Assembly: GCA_001949185.1 (NCBI GenBank)
Contig: BDGG01000006.1
Location: forward strand, 1,594,827-1,658,826
DNA length: 64,000 nucleotides
Direction: 5' to 3'
From: Ramazzottius varieornatus
Taxonomy: Eukaryota > Animalia > Tardigrada
Below are positions 36,694 through 50,000 of the stretch, piece after piece. The translations under genes and the position numbers were made by a program. A model generated the notes under the pieces. The model was not told the origin of the DNA. It saw nothing but the letters and a program-made list of their open reading frames with translations, and ran no database searches. Every line of letters starts with the position of its first letter. The stretch's first letter is position 1.

Positions 36694-39600
36694 GTTTCAC
36701 AACAATAGGCTCAGTAAAGTCCGGGCTTTACAGCCTACACCGTAAGGTTGGCCGCGCGGTTGCTGAGTTCGTTTGTGGCACCAAGTACCGCCAAACCCTG
36801 AAGTTCTTCAAACCGTCGTGTCCTGCGTCTCAGCGTCTGAGTCTGGATGAGATACAGTCTACTGTGATTCGCAATCGGTCATTACTTTACATGCTGTAGC
36901 ATTGAATTTTTTAAGCCCTCCTGTGTAGATCGTCCATCATTGCAATCGACCAGTCCCAGATCGAAGGTCTTCAATTGCATGTACAGCACTACAGTTAATT
37001 TCTTATGGACATTGTGTATGAGCAACCCGGAAAGTCACCAGGTACCATAATTTGTCTCTGAAGTGTTCAACGTTAAATCGTAGCAAAGCCATGTCTTCAT
37101 TTTCCGTTCAGCATGCGTCTGATTTCAGTGCAGAGACGGAATTGAAGTTGAAAACGGTGGAGAAATCACCATTCGAAAATGTTCTGGCCGTGCACGCGTG
37201 ATAAGTCGACCAAGCCTTCGCACTTGATTGGCACCACTACCGCTTCGACGGCTAAAGGACATATATCCAGAACAAGTCGCTCTTTTTGTCCGTCTAGTTT
37301 CGCAATCAATGGTTGCTGACGCTTGACCGACATGAAATCCATTCGCCATAAAAATATAAATCTGACAGTGTCTAGCGCGGACTGGGGGATCCTCACCTGA
37401 TGATCGCCATAGCTAAATTAACAGCCCTGCATGCAAGGTTCGAATTTGCATGCCTTTAGGATTTTGCGCAATCCAAAGAGCGATGCACTGTATTTCTGCT
37501 GTCATTTACTCTTTTTCCCACCTTGACCGCTTTTCCAACGCCGACATGGACATCAGCACAATTAAAAAGACACGTACTGTACACGTACATAAAACGCTGT
37601 TCTAATCAGTGTCAACCATCGTGTCTGATTTTGCTTTGCCGGTGGCTTGCATTGGTGCGCAGAAATTTGCTGGCGCATGTTAACGCTGGTCCATCCGGGC
37701 TAGTCCCAGTTTGGTGTTGGTGTTGGCAAAAAAACGAACACTCTAATAACGGATAAAAGCTCGACATTGATTTACCGTCTACTACCAATCCATAAATCAC
37801 AGTGGTGTCGTTGGTTGCCACATAGTATCGAATCATCGACATGGCTTTGGTATGTTTCAGGTGGTGCGTAGTAATTGAGTGGGGAACCCTGTTACTAAGC
37901 TGCGTCGGCAACAATTGACGCCGGTCGCGGCCATTATCATTAGTATCGACCGGTTCAGCCCACCAAGAACATATTGTATCGAGTAGCGTCGATGCTTCCG
38001 CCGCGTCGAAACTTGCCTGGGTCGTTGAGCCCAGCACCATATGGTTGGCAGGCAAATGACGGGGTACTACGCTGTAACAATTCACAAATGTATCGACTAC
38101 AGCTGCGCACTTGAGTGCGACGAGGAAAACAACGTTGAGCACGACCCGCTAGTTCGCCGAAGCGCGTGACGCATGATCAGCAGGTCGGCCAGCTGGGTCT
38201 CCCTCTCAATCTCCAGCGAGAGAGAGACCTCCTAGTCTATGGAGGTGGTTATGCAAGACTTTGCTGGAAAGAGAGACCCACGGTACACAAACAAGGGACC
38301 TGCTATCAGCAGTAGCAGCACGTAGCGGAAAACGACAACATTTCCGCCATCCACTGACTGGGATCTGACGTGCCGGCAACGCAGCTGGCGCAGCACAGCG
38401 CCTGATAGAAAGGCACCCCCAGCCTCTTTTCTAATAGGCCTCCCGTCTTTTTTTCCCTTTGTCCGGCCTAATTCGCTTCGCGTATTTTTTCTTCCGCCGC
38501 TGACAATTTCAATCGTCTGGAAAATTCTTTTGATGGAAAAAGGCAGCGTTGTTCCCACTTATTCCTGAATAATACACAGTTTTCTCACTTGTAAGTCGGA
38601 GACACACATTTTCGCCATTTAGCCACTGCAGTATTTTCCCCTGATTCTTCATCTTCATTTTTTACACGAAGACACACAGGTCGCTAAGTCTCCAACTGCT
38701 CGTTCTTTCGGGTGTCTGGTCTGTCACGCCTAACGAGTTCGATGGACGAGCCGCACAAATATTTCATATCGCCAAGGAAGAGCGCAAATGATTGATAGGT
38801 GTTGGCATTCCAGAGGTTGCCATTGGCCGGAGGGTCGTTGGATACGGCTGGCGCCTGTGACTTCGTTGCCGCAGTGACGACACAGCCGTCTTGCAGCTGT
38901 CACTCAGCGGGGAAAGGGGGGCGAGGGGCGCCGTTGGTGCAGTTAGATCAGCTGATCGTGCGCTTGATTGCTGGCATTTACTGAGGGCGGCATCTGCTCT
39001 CATGGGTTTATTTGACTTTTCTCTGGTCAAGTGGACACATATTGCGAAACGTGCGTTTTCCCCATAAAGTGTGTCCACATGATGAACCGCTTATATCCTG
39101 TGTGTGAGGGGAAAATCCCCACACTCTGTGGCGCATGACAGCGACCACCTTGTCAAGAGATTAAGGTCATTTTTATCGGTGTTTTTATTCCGGCTGTATT
39201 TGGTTTAGAATAGTTCCTCTGCCACACTGTCATGTGCGGCAGACATGACGCGAGAAGAGCGTAAAGTGCAGACAGCACAAAGGACCCTGGTTCTCTCGTA
39301 CAACGATCAGAGCCAACAAAATAGACTGCCATCGTTCAAGCTTTGTTTGCATAACGCGTTCTCGTATATGCAGCTATATACGAGACCTCAGACAGCCTTG
39401 AGTTGACGGCGTCATCGAGCCACCGCGGCTGACTCAAGTTACCGTCTGGCAGACTTTATGTCATGCCTGTCTCGCCATCCACAGTCTACGGGCGGTGTAG
39501 CGTACGTAGCATGGTCGGCGGTAGCGCGAAATGCAGTGCATACAGGGTAACCAGACCCTCCTGTGTAACCGCGACGTGATTGGACGCTACCACAAGTCGC

Positions 39601-41000
39601 CCGGCCCACTTGGCGCACCCATCAGCGTTGTCTGGCGGCAGGCCGCAGAGTGAGTGGCGTGGTCGACCACGTGGCCGGCCTAACCTCAATGTAGAGCCAC
39701 GTGGTAGACTGCGCTGCGGTTGACGGCGCAGCCCGCCTGTCTGAGCCGTGGGTACGGAGAGAGAACGAGGCAGAGAGAGAGAGAACTAAACACGGCACAC
39801 TATTCCGAGAAAAGACCGAGGCACTTTTCATACAGTGCGCTGCCTGGCTAAGCTCCATTCACATCGAAAGAGTTTTCTCTCTGTGCGTGGTGGATTGTGC
39901 TTCTGAAATTTAACAGTGCTGCCTGCTGTTCCTTCTTTCTTTGCCGTTTTCGCATAGTACAGTTCTTTTTATCTCTCTCCTTTTGGTCTAGACTTTTACC
40001 TATCTTCGTTCTTTCAAAATATCCAAGAAAACGTATCCCGATATAGAGGATTATTTACTCTGCCTGGTTTATTCGTTACCTTGTGGATCTACGCCGCTGT
40101 GATTCCTGTGAGAGCCTTGGTAAGTGCGGTAGCGGGTGCTTTTGTCCAATCAACAATCAAGGACAGGGACGGCTAGACGGCGACCCGGTTTAGCATGCTT
40201 CACCTTGCTTGAAACGGTCGAAATGTCCTAGATCTGACGTCGGGCGGCTATTGATGTGGACGTCCATGAGATCGAGGTTGGCGCCAACAGAAGCTCCATG
40301 CCACAACAACACGGTACACACTGCGGTGACTCGACTGGTCAAAGCGGCCAGTCGTGTTTGGCAGGTTGACAAGGCTAGACTAACCGCTTTTGACGTACGG
40401 TCAACCATCAAGAGATAGATTACCTGGTTGTGGCTGACCGTATGGTGGCGTTTGACCGGCTACTGTTCGACCATCGATATAGCGTAGGAAAACGGCTGGA
40501 TCACCTGTATCCGGGTCGTGCCGCTAATGACAGGTCCATGCAGGGCCGTGCTGAATATTATTTTAGGCCCGGTGTCGTAGAGAAACGTCCAGATTGTCTG
40601 ACTGGTGAAGGCCGTGCCGTGAATGTCCAGTCTCGATCAAGTCCGTGCCTTCGTGTAACTTTATGTTGAGGTGGCAAGACGAGTTCTTTGTGTGATCGTG
40701 CTTACAATCCATCAAAGCCCGTTTCACGTTCCTCGTTTGGCTGGTTTTAGAGACTTGTCAAAGAGTCTTATTACAAGCAAGCCTGAATAGTACGTGAGGA
40801 AAATCTCTGTAATGTACGTGGAAGAGCAAGGCTAGACGATACGTCTGTCTGGGCTTTTAAAACACAGACAATGGAAGTTCGAAGTGTGACCCTGGAGCCT
40901 ACCAAATTACTCGATTTCTAATTACGTCCCTTTTCTTTGCAGATTTCTCTATTCTGTTACGTCGTTGGAATAGTTTCTTCTGGTCAGATGTTGTGTCACG

Positions 41001-44000
41001 ATGAACACTAGCGACAATCAAAGCCAGAACAGTCCAACGGCGACGATCCAGAATCCTCATTTGAAGAAAGTCCTGAAGGCGTACCAAGCGCAAGCCATGT
41101 AAGTGCCCCTGCGGCTTGCCAAATCTGCAATTCGATATGCGTACGATTTTCTTCAAAATTCAGGAACAACCTCAATGGCCCATCTTCGGCCCATTCCTGG
41201 ACGGATACTGTCTCCTCGACTTCTTCGTCGGCCAAAAGATCCTCCTCGGTGCTGTCGGTTATTACATCGACCATCAAGACCGCCAAAAAGAGCAGCCATG
41301 ACGGCCAAGATCGACCGGAAACGGCTTTCCAACTTCCCTTCCCCATTCAACCGGCACCCGTCCTGTACGCGGCAGACCAAGCCTCGGCGGAACGCAAGGA
41401 AGTGATCCTGGAAGGCCAGACCATCTCGTGCTTTGAGGTAGGAGGTGAAAAGAGGCTGGTACTGCCGCAACTGCTGAACACTGTTTGGACTGATCGCCCG
41501 TTGGAAGAGATTAACCAGGTTTGCGACGATCTGCACGTCTTCATTGCCCAGTGCACTCAACAGCAACTGGAATGCCTGAAGAATAACAAGATCCTACCTG
41601 CTGGTGAGTGCCGTTAAGCTGTTTCGCAATTTGTTGCAGTCTTTGCAATGGAAGAGAAAGAAATCGAATGTGATCGAATGTATCAATCAAACTAGGACAG
41701 CCAATCAAGCCGTATGTCGTAAGCTTGGTCTGGCACACCATGAAGTTCATGAACGATTGTCCATTTCCGGTTCTAACACAGATTGGCCCACCATGTGTGC
41801 CTCGTTTGGGTTATCTCGTCTGGATTTCTAATCGTCGTTTTGTTTTTATCTTTCAGGTGCTCCAAGCTGTGGGCTGATAACGCAGACGGATGCCGAACGT
41901 TTATGTGGCCGGATCCTGCAGCACGAGGAGGCATCGTTCCCCATCGCCCACCGTGACAAGCTGCTGCAAATTCCTGTCATCCATCGGGAGTTTGGCAAGG
42001 TTGTGGGTACATGCTTCCCGGAGCTGTATTCGCGCGAGGAATCGCCGTGCATTGAGTGCCGCGAATGCCGAGCTCTCTTGTCACCTCGGCACTTTGTCCT
42101 GCACAGCCACCGATCGATGGAGGAGCGACGTCTTTGCCACTGGGGCTTCGACTCCAACAACTGGCGCCATTACATACTGATCCAGGACGATCTGAGCCAA
42201 GAGGCCCAGCGCCAACTCCTCCCACTCCTGGAAGACTTTAGGAAGAAACACCGCAACGGTGGCAACGACAAGCAAACCTCACAAAGCCGAAGACTCTGCA
42301 AAGGCAGCCTGGTAAGCTCAAAATATACTATAAATGTTCTGGGCACAGACCTGAGTCGGTGTGTCTCGTAGCTGAGGGTGTAAGGCTCCGGCCCGGAGAA
42401 GTGAGGCAGTTGATTGGTATTGCATGCTTGATTGGTCCTGTTTGTGTTTTTCTGGATAGCTGTTGACTCGACGTCTTTAACTGCCGCTTTTTAGTTGTCC
42501 GACTTCTTCGGGGGCTTCAAGGCTGTTTTTAGGTGCGTGGGTCATACTTGAGGATGGAATTGAAGGTTAAGAGAAAAAAGAATGTTGACGGAGGCATTGA
42601 TGAGACAGAAGGAAAGTAAGTCATCGGTGTCATAGTGTGGGTGGAAGGTTTTCTTTCGGTGGATTGGAACGGCGACGAGGAAAACAGTCGGGCTTGTTTG
42701 TGTCGAGCTGGGAGAGTCTTCGTGGCAAGCAAGCTGTCTGTATTTCTAGAAGCTGTACTGATGGAAAAGTGAGACATGTCGAGCGAGCGAGCCACCGAAG
42801 CTTGCGATGGAGACAAAGGCGACCGGTTTGCGAGGACTGGTTTTTTTCTTTCTCTTTGATATTTCTCTGTCTGCTTTGCCACCCTTTAATTAGGTCCGGT
42901 GTGCTTGTCATCGTCGACGAGACATGACTGAAAACTATTAACTGACCGGTCAAAGCAAGGAAGAAGTGTGAAGAGAGATTTGTATCGCTTGTGTTGTTGA
43001 AGAGAGCAAATGGCGACGGCGAAAGATGAGCAGTTTGCAGGTTCGTGAGATGCACACTGCTCTGATGAAATCACAGAAATAACTCCAGCGCGTATCTGTG
43101 CATGAGGAAGAGCGAGAAGGAACACAGGGAACGGTCGGGTTAGCCAGTGGTCTGCTTGGTTCGTCTGGTTCAAATTCGATCGTTGGGTTCGTTGATTTGA
43201 AGTTTGAATTTGAAAATCGCTTCAACCGTTGAATTTCTTCCTGACTTCCGCGTTGTTTCAACTAAATGCAGAAGTTTTTGCACGGTGTTTTGGTGTCATC
43301 TTGATGCGGCTTACTTTCATAATTGGAGCAATTGTCAGGGGGGAAAAAATGGTGAACGATGGTTTAATGGCCAATAAACACCGTGGCCAAGCGTGAGGTC
43401 GATAACGTAACCAGCCGATCGAAAGGGTTGACTCGATGCTTGCCGATGCTCTTTGAACGATAACAATTTTTTGTTTGATTCAAGTACGTCTCGACGTCGT
43501 TGTCGATACGCGCCTTGGCTGATTACAAATGCAAGAAAATGGCACGATAAACGCCAGTTTACTGCGGAGCGACAGGACCTCAAAGCTGCAGGTTCTGTCA
43601 AAAGACTCGTGCTGTTCAATAAACTTTTGAGACAGAAGAAAATCTCAATTTGTAAAGGTGTGCGCGAACGACACTTGTCTCTTTATTGCGCCATAACAAC
43701 AGCCTAGTTTGCCGGTGGACAAGACTCGGTGTAAACGAAGCTGACTTTTGCCAAGAAGATATAATTGCGCAAAGCTGGCAGCAAACTTGATTGTTTTTGC
43801 GCGTATCTGAGAGGTTGCCGACCAAGTTTAGGTTTTGCAGACTTTTTCTTGCCGTCTGGCGACTGCACTGAGAATAGCAAAGTCTTAATGTCGCACACAG
43901 TATGGTGTAGACCTGAGGAAACAATGAAGTCTTGCCGACATGAACATAAATTAACTTTAGCTGCCTCGGGGGTTTGCAAGGTAAATTATAATTATGGCCG

Positions 44001-47000
44001 ACGCGTCGTTCGCAATTTCCATGTTTCGTTACATTTGCCATTGTAAGGGTGCTGAGCGCAAGAGACGTTTTGTGCGCTGCTATACACGTTTGTCATGGGA
44101 GATTAATGATCAAATAATGAATAACGATGCAATATTAAGCGTAGAAAGCAGCGAATCTAGCCTTGGCGCCATGAAGGAATAAATTAGTAATTTGGAGATT
44201 GTCATCTGCTGCCTGATTGATTGAGCAAGCCGAAATCGCGTTGGATTTGCGATTTGGTAGGCGCAAGGTCGATTGAGGGAAAGATCAGAGTAGGCCAGTG
44301 TGTAGAAGGCGTGGGCGCTGGACAGTTGGGTGAAGGCCGAGGAAGTGAAGAGGCGAGCACGTGGGGAATCAGCAGGCAGTGCAGTGAACTCTCCGCAGTG
44401 ACGTAGACCGTGTCTGCTGCGTCAGTAGGCGCTGGGGCTGCGCGCCATGTGATGCGTAGGCGGAAAGGCATTTGCGAAGAACAAGCCTGATTGATGCGTT
44501 GGTGACATTCTTTGCAAGCGGGACTTTGATTGGCTAACTTGATTTGCGGGCCAGCCCGATGGTCCATCTTTGCATGTTGTCAAGAGTCAATGGCAAGGGA
44601 CGACGCACTGATTAAATTTTAATGGCCAGCCTGGCCTGATAGTGCACAAATGCCTGGCAGGGACAAGCGGCTTGAAAGGCGCGTGGGTAATCAAATTGCC
44701 ATAGTGGCTGGTGTATCTACAGAGAACCAGTTGAGCTGACAGGCGAGGAAAAGTCGGCGTAGTCTAGGAAAGAGCTGGAGCTTGTGACTGACTGATGCTA
44801 GACGACAGGCGCTACAGGGTGGATTGACATGAAAGCTTACGCCGGGCCTTGTTGGCGTGGAGGTCGAAGGAAGAGTAACTAGAAATTGGGTGCAATGTCT
44901 GTGTTTGCTTTGAGATGCGGCAAGACGAAGCACTGCGGCCAGCGCTGCCGAGTTTGAGGTGTCATACTTGAGACGACCAGGCTTATTTTCTTTGCTACGG
45001 CCTGTTGACGTGCTACTATGGTAAAGGACAAGTTTGGTGGTGGTGGTAGTAGGCCATTTCGCGACATTGCGGACAGCGATAGACTAGCGCTAGAACAACT
45101 AGCCGTTAGGAAAGTCTTTGAAGTTTCTGCTGACGTTGGCGATAGACGGAGACTCAATCAGGTCTTGTTGATGCAGCAGTAGCATGAAAACGACTAGGAT
45201 AATGGATGGATGAAATGTCCGGCCTTGTCAGCAGACGTGCGATGGTGCGGGTTCCGGTTTTACCACCGCCAGAACACGAAACTGCACTTTTCGCTGCTGC
45301 GATGGCTTTGGAAAGGAGCCTCTTGAAGGTGAACTGAAGTATCGATAGAAAGACCGTTCGGTGAGTGGGAAGAATGGGGAGGGCAGAGAAAGTAAAAAGT
45401 GCAGTCAAGCAAGCGATCAAGTTAACTGTAGGACTATTCATGGGGGGGGGGGGNNNNNNNNNNNNNNNNNNNNNNNNNNNNNNNNNNNNNNNNNNNNNNN
45501 NNNGGGGGGGGGGGGGGGGTATTGACGCTAAAGTGGAAAGACAAGATGGGGGATACCTCTGGTGTCGTCTTGTGTTTCTGTAGGAATCTAAATTAGATTG
45601 CCAGTCAGGCTGGGTGTTGGCAGAAGGAGAAGGCTTTTTTATAGAAGTGATTGGTGGCGGAGGCATGGAACGAGCGAGGAGAGAAATCCAGTAAGGATAA
45701 CAGTGAAACATGTCAGGCGCTCGCTACCCAACGACTTGACCACGCACTAGGATTGTGCTACGAGGACGTTCCTCGAAATATCCCAAAGTAGTGACGTGAA
45801 GGCTGTGCAGATTGGCCCGCAGCAATGAATGGAATGAGGCGGAATCAGGTTACTTAATGAGTTTATCAATTGTAAATGTCTCGTTTGCCCACATGAATGT
45901 TTCCTGTCTGGTGATGCGAACGCTGGAGAGTCGTCGGAACCGACGCGGGAAATTAGAGCTGGCGTAATGAGCGACTGGAGACTACTGTGTGCCAATTGAG
46001 ATGCGCAGATTGAAGCACCGGGGAAGTGAAGTAGGACCCAACAGTGTATCCTTGACCATTGAACAGTGCGGTAAATTAGGACATGCAGTAGGCGCTCGTC
46101 TGGGCATTCCGCTCATACTGGCGAGGGTGTTAGGGTAGGCTGTGAGACCTGCGTCGATTGATGTGGGTTTTTGACTGTGGTCGATGTGCAAGGTTTTCCC
46201 GATGGCCGGGACTTTGTTCGAGCTATTGAACCTTTGACTGCAGCTCTTGTTGTTTGTTCAGTGGTGGAAAAAATTGAGTTGGTGAAGGGATTATGGTGGC
46301 TTGATGGGTTGAAAGGGGAGTGCGAGGCGGAGACGATATTGATTTTCGACAAGTCAGACGCTTGTTTGTGAAGCGCGCTTTCTCTTCCTGGTGAGCTCAA
46401 ATTTCAACAGAGAAGATTGATGGGATTTTCTCGTTTGGAGTATTTGCGCCGTCAATCGGTAGACTAGGAGGAAAAAGAGCGCGAGCGAGGAGAGGATGAC
46501 AGGGGAGGAAATAGCCCGGTGAGCACAAATATCGATCTCTGTGAGTTTTTCTTTGTGTCTTGTTGACGAAAGGAATGTGTGCTGAATTCTTCTTCTATAG
46601 CTCGATCAGGGAATGCGTGGTTGTTGAGACTGGCTGGAAAGGAGCTGTAGAAAGGAGATGGCAGTAATTGGGCGAGAATGATGGGCCGTGGCAGACTTGA
46701 AGGGAACTGCGGCCTGTCAAGCGCCTTGGGTGCGTCAATGGCACATTGCTTCACTCGTCGCCCACCCAGTGCAGCAACGTACCCTTGGGTCCGTGCCAAG
46801 ACATGGCCAAGAGATAGTGTCTGGGGTTGAGAGAAGGTTGTTGTTACGTCGTCGCAACGAGTAGCTGCAACTTGACGTGCGCGCCATCGAACGACACTAG
46901 GCTAGATTGTCTTTCACGTTTTGAGGTTGAACGATACAATGTTATCTTTGTAGTGCGTCGGAGATGAGCCATTTTGATGGCGGAAGACACGCAAACGAGG

Positions 47001-50000
47001 AAGGACATCGGGAAAAGGTTTTTCTTTGATGGGTGGTTTTTTGTCGGCAGAAGGTTTTTGAGAAGTGGAAATGGTAGATGTGTGAAGAGTGTCTGAATGA
47101 GGTTTGACAGAGCTGGAGGTTGCGTTTTTATGGCGAGACAGGTATTTATGGCCGTAGCGTAATTGGAGACAACGCGCGTCGCATTGTGAAAAGACTTCTG
47201 GAAATCGCGAACGTACACAGCGCGTAAGAATTCATTAGGCATTCTCAAGGATGGCGAGACGCGAAGCTCGTTATATATGGCTGGGCTTTTAGTCTTTTAC
47301 GGCACAATCGCTTGCGTTTTATGGTCGGCTGCACTAAAGGCAAACGCGTCATTCGCTTTCTGACGATGGTCGAGAGATTTCACGCTTGGAAGGCCGTCGT
47401 CGCGATGGCAGACTTGCGTGTTGTGCACCGCTGACAGAGACACATGGCGCAAAGTGCAAAGGAAAAGAGTTGAGCTCTAGCCATGTAGAACAGTTACCAA
47501 GATGGCTTGGTGTTGTGGTCAGTGGGAAAATGCCAGGGAAAAGGGCGTGGAGGCTGACAAAAGTACAGTGCAGTAATGATCATATGCTCTAATAATTTGT
47601 CTGATAATGTCGTTAAATGCTGCAGACCGCGAAGACGCAGAAAGTACACTGCTCATTATCGAGGGTAAAGATAGGGCCAAGAAGAAGCTTTGCAAAACAG
47701 GCACCAGACCCTGCGCAAATTGAAACATCTTGCAGTCTGGGACTGTGTACTGGGGCTGTAATGGCCAACAGAAGCCAGCAGGTATGAGAAGAAATTATCA
47801 AGTGTGATTATGGCTTGACTGGCCAGCCGTGTTCTAGAGCTGCTTTACCTCACTCTGAAGACGGTTGTTAAAGTTTACGACCAGCGGTCAAACATACGTG
47901 GGCTGATTTGGGCGCAGCACGTAGGTTCACCTCCCACAACCTTGAACACGAGTAGGGCGACTTGGTCCTACTGCCCCAGTGGGACAGTTGGTGTGCGAAT
48001 AGGGTGTTTGACTGAAGCTCATCATGTGTAAAACAAGTATAAGCGTTGACTCTACAATGGGACTGTTGCCAGTAAGTTCAGCGCATACTAAGCCCAGGTT
48101 TTGCATCTAGTTGTGGGATTGTTGGAAGGGTTCGAGGTTTGAGGTTGGATGGGAAGGATTTGGTTGTAGTCCTGTGGGAAGGTGCGGAAGAGATGGACAG
48201 TGGTCTGCTCGGATGTTTGGAAGGCGACACGCGGAAGGAAATGAGATAATTACTCTTGTGTTTTTTGTGTAAGTTTGAGTGACAAGCGCTTTCATAACAT
48301 TTCGCTGAAATGGCCGTCTGACGAGCTGGTAAAGCGGACTAGGCGACAAGGACAGATGGCGGTACGCTGAATTTGTTGTACGATAGTGTTTGGCAAAAGT
48401 CGGACAGCGCGGAATGCAAGCCAGATGCTCGGATTTTTGCCGAGGTTGAAGCGGACTTTGCTGTAGCTTGATGGAAAACGAGCGTGTGTTGAAGAAGTTG
48501 TAGTGCCAAGACGCTGTCAGGCGTTGCTGTCGCTGGTACTGCACCAGTGACACGACACCAGTGGTGCACAACTCTTTCCATTAGAAGGGGATAGACGATT
48601 GAGAATAAAAAAGCGATCACTTTTGAGCAACGATCATCGTTGAGAAAACAGACATGATGGCTGCGTGACGGCTGGGAAGAAGGGCATAATAAATCACGAT
48701 GCAGCCAAGCGGAACAGGCTCACAAATGGGAAATGGCTGGCACCATGTGTCGAGAAGCGTACCATGCCGCGACCTCCTGTTCTTGTCACAAGCTTCACGC
48801 ACATTCGCTATATTCTTCTTCTAAATGGACTAGGGTGAACAACTTGGCAAGTTACGACAAGGTTTTCAGTCTTTGGAAACCTAACAAGAAAACACATACG
48901 ACCGATCGCACAGATTTCGCCAACTAAATCGACAAGAAAAGAATATGTACTCATATCAAGTTGACTGATTTTTTGACGAGATTTAGGATTTTGATTGGTC
49001 GATTGACGGTATGGATGGTTGTGCGAAATGGTCTGTGAGGTTTCATAGCTTGATTGGTGGATTGAAGGGAGGGTAGATTGTTTGGAAGTTTGGATGGGTT
49101 GATTGAGAGGAGGTGAAGGATTTGATTGCGGGAGGCTGAATTCTTGCCGGGGGAATTGGTTTTGCCGCGCTAGGATTTGGCATGTTGCGTATCGGTTTCT
49201 CTTTAAAGCCTCGCCATGTGGCGGAGGTCGAGGGATTACGGCGTATGTGAATTCTTGGATGTGAATGGAAGAAAGAGGGATTACGTGGAAGAAAAGTGTG
49301 GGCGAGTGTCTGAGGAGTGGGCATATGCGAGGAGACTTGGCTATGCATTGGAGCGAAGCATAGTAAACATGCTCAATCGATCAGAAAGCCATCAGTATGG
49401 TCATCGTAAAAGGCAAATTCATATTAGACCAGTTATAAATCCATAAATGCCACAAACCTAGAAGCTAACTTCCCGCCGGCCATTTTGTACTGTGAGCTCG
49501 TCAGTCAGCAGGCTAGACGGACGGAGAGGGAACGTCCGTCTGTAAAAGATCCATCTCGCATTGACGTCTGTAGCGGCTTTACGGTCCCGCAGCGCTGGCT
49601 GCGCTTCATCGCGTCGCCAGTCAGTGGAAATCCGTAGCAAACAAGATGGCTTTACAGCAGAAGAGCTTAGCTCGCCGTAAGACGAGGGGGAAAAAATGTC
49701 CGTTTTCCTGATGGATTTGGTCGCGCTTGAAAGCACTGTGCGCGACTTGGTCGGGGAAACGAAAATGGAAGGGGTAAATGTGGTTATTCGAAGTGGCGCA
49801 CTCTTTCAGCTAATAACTTCGGAACGTGCGCCACTTGAGGCAGTAATTGGGTTTGAACAAGGACATGAAGTTGGGTTGGTTTTCGGGGTCTGATTTCTTG
49901 ATTGAGGTTCGGTTGAAAGGAACTAGACGGCTTCCTGGTCTGTTCGTCGGGGTTGCGAGTGGTGTTTGGGTTGGGAAGTGTAGAAGAAGAGGGGGTGGGT

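Larger units (their letters stand above)
34900..37021 (+). pseudogene. Degenerate tandem duplicate of the aPKC kinase exons
   Basis: Relics in gene order: GLH..FQ, HMMKQEKLYENHAQF, GGCACGCCGAATTG (GTPN), and a last exon GTAGATCG...ATCGACCAGTC...GAAGGT...GTATGA matching IDQSEFEGF...V*. Confidence 0.75.

Noticed and set aside
45441-45519. Poly-Pro/poly-Gly ORFs around an N gap
   Set aside because: This is a poly-G tract with an assembly gap inside the Ski intron, not coding sequence.
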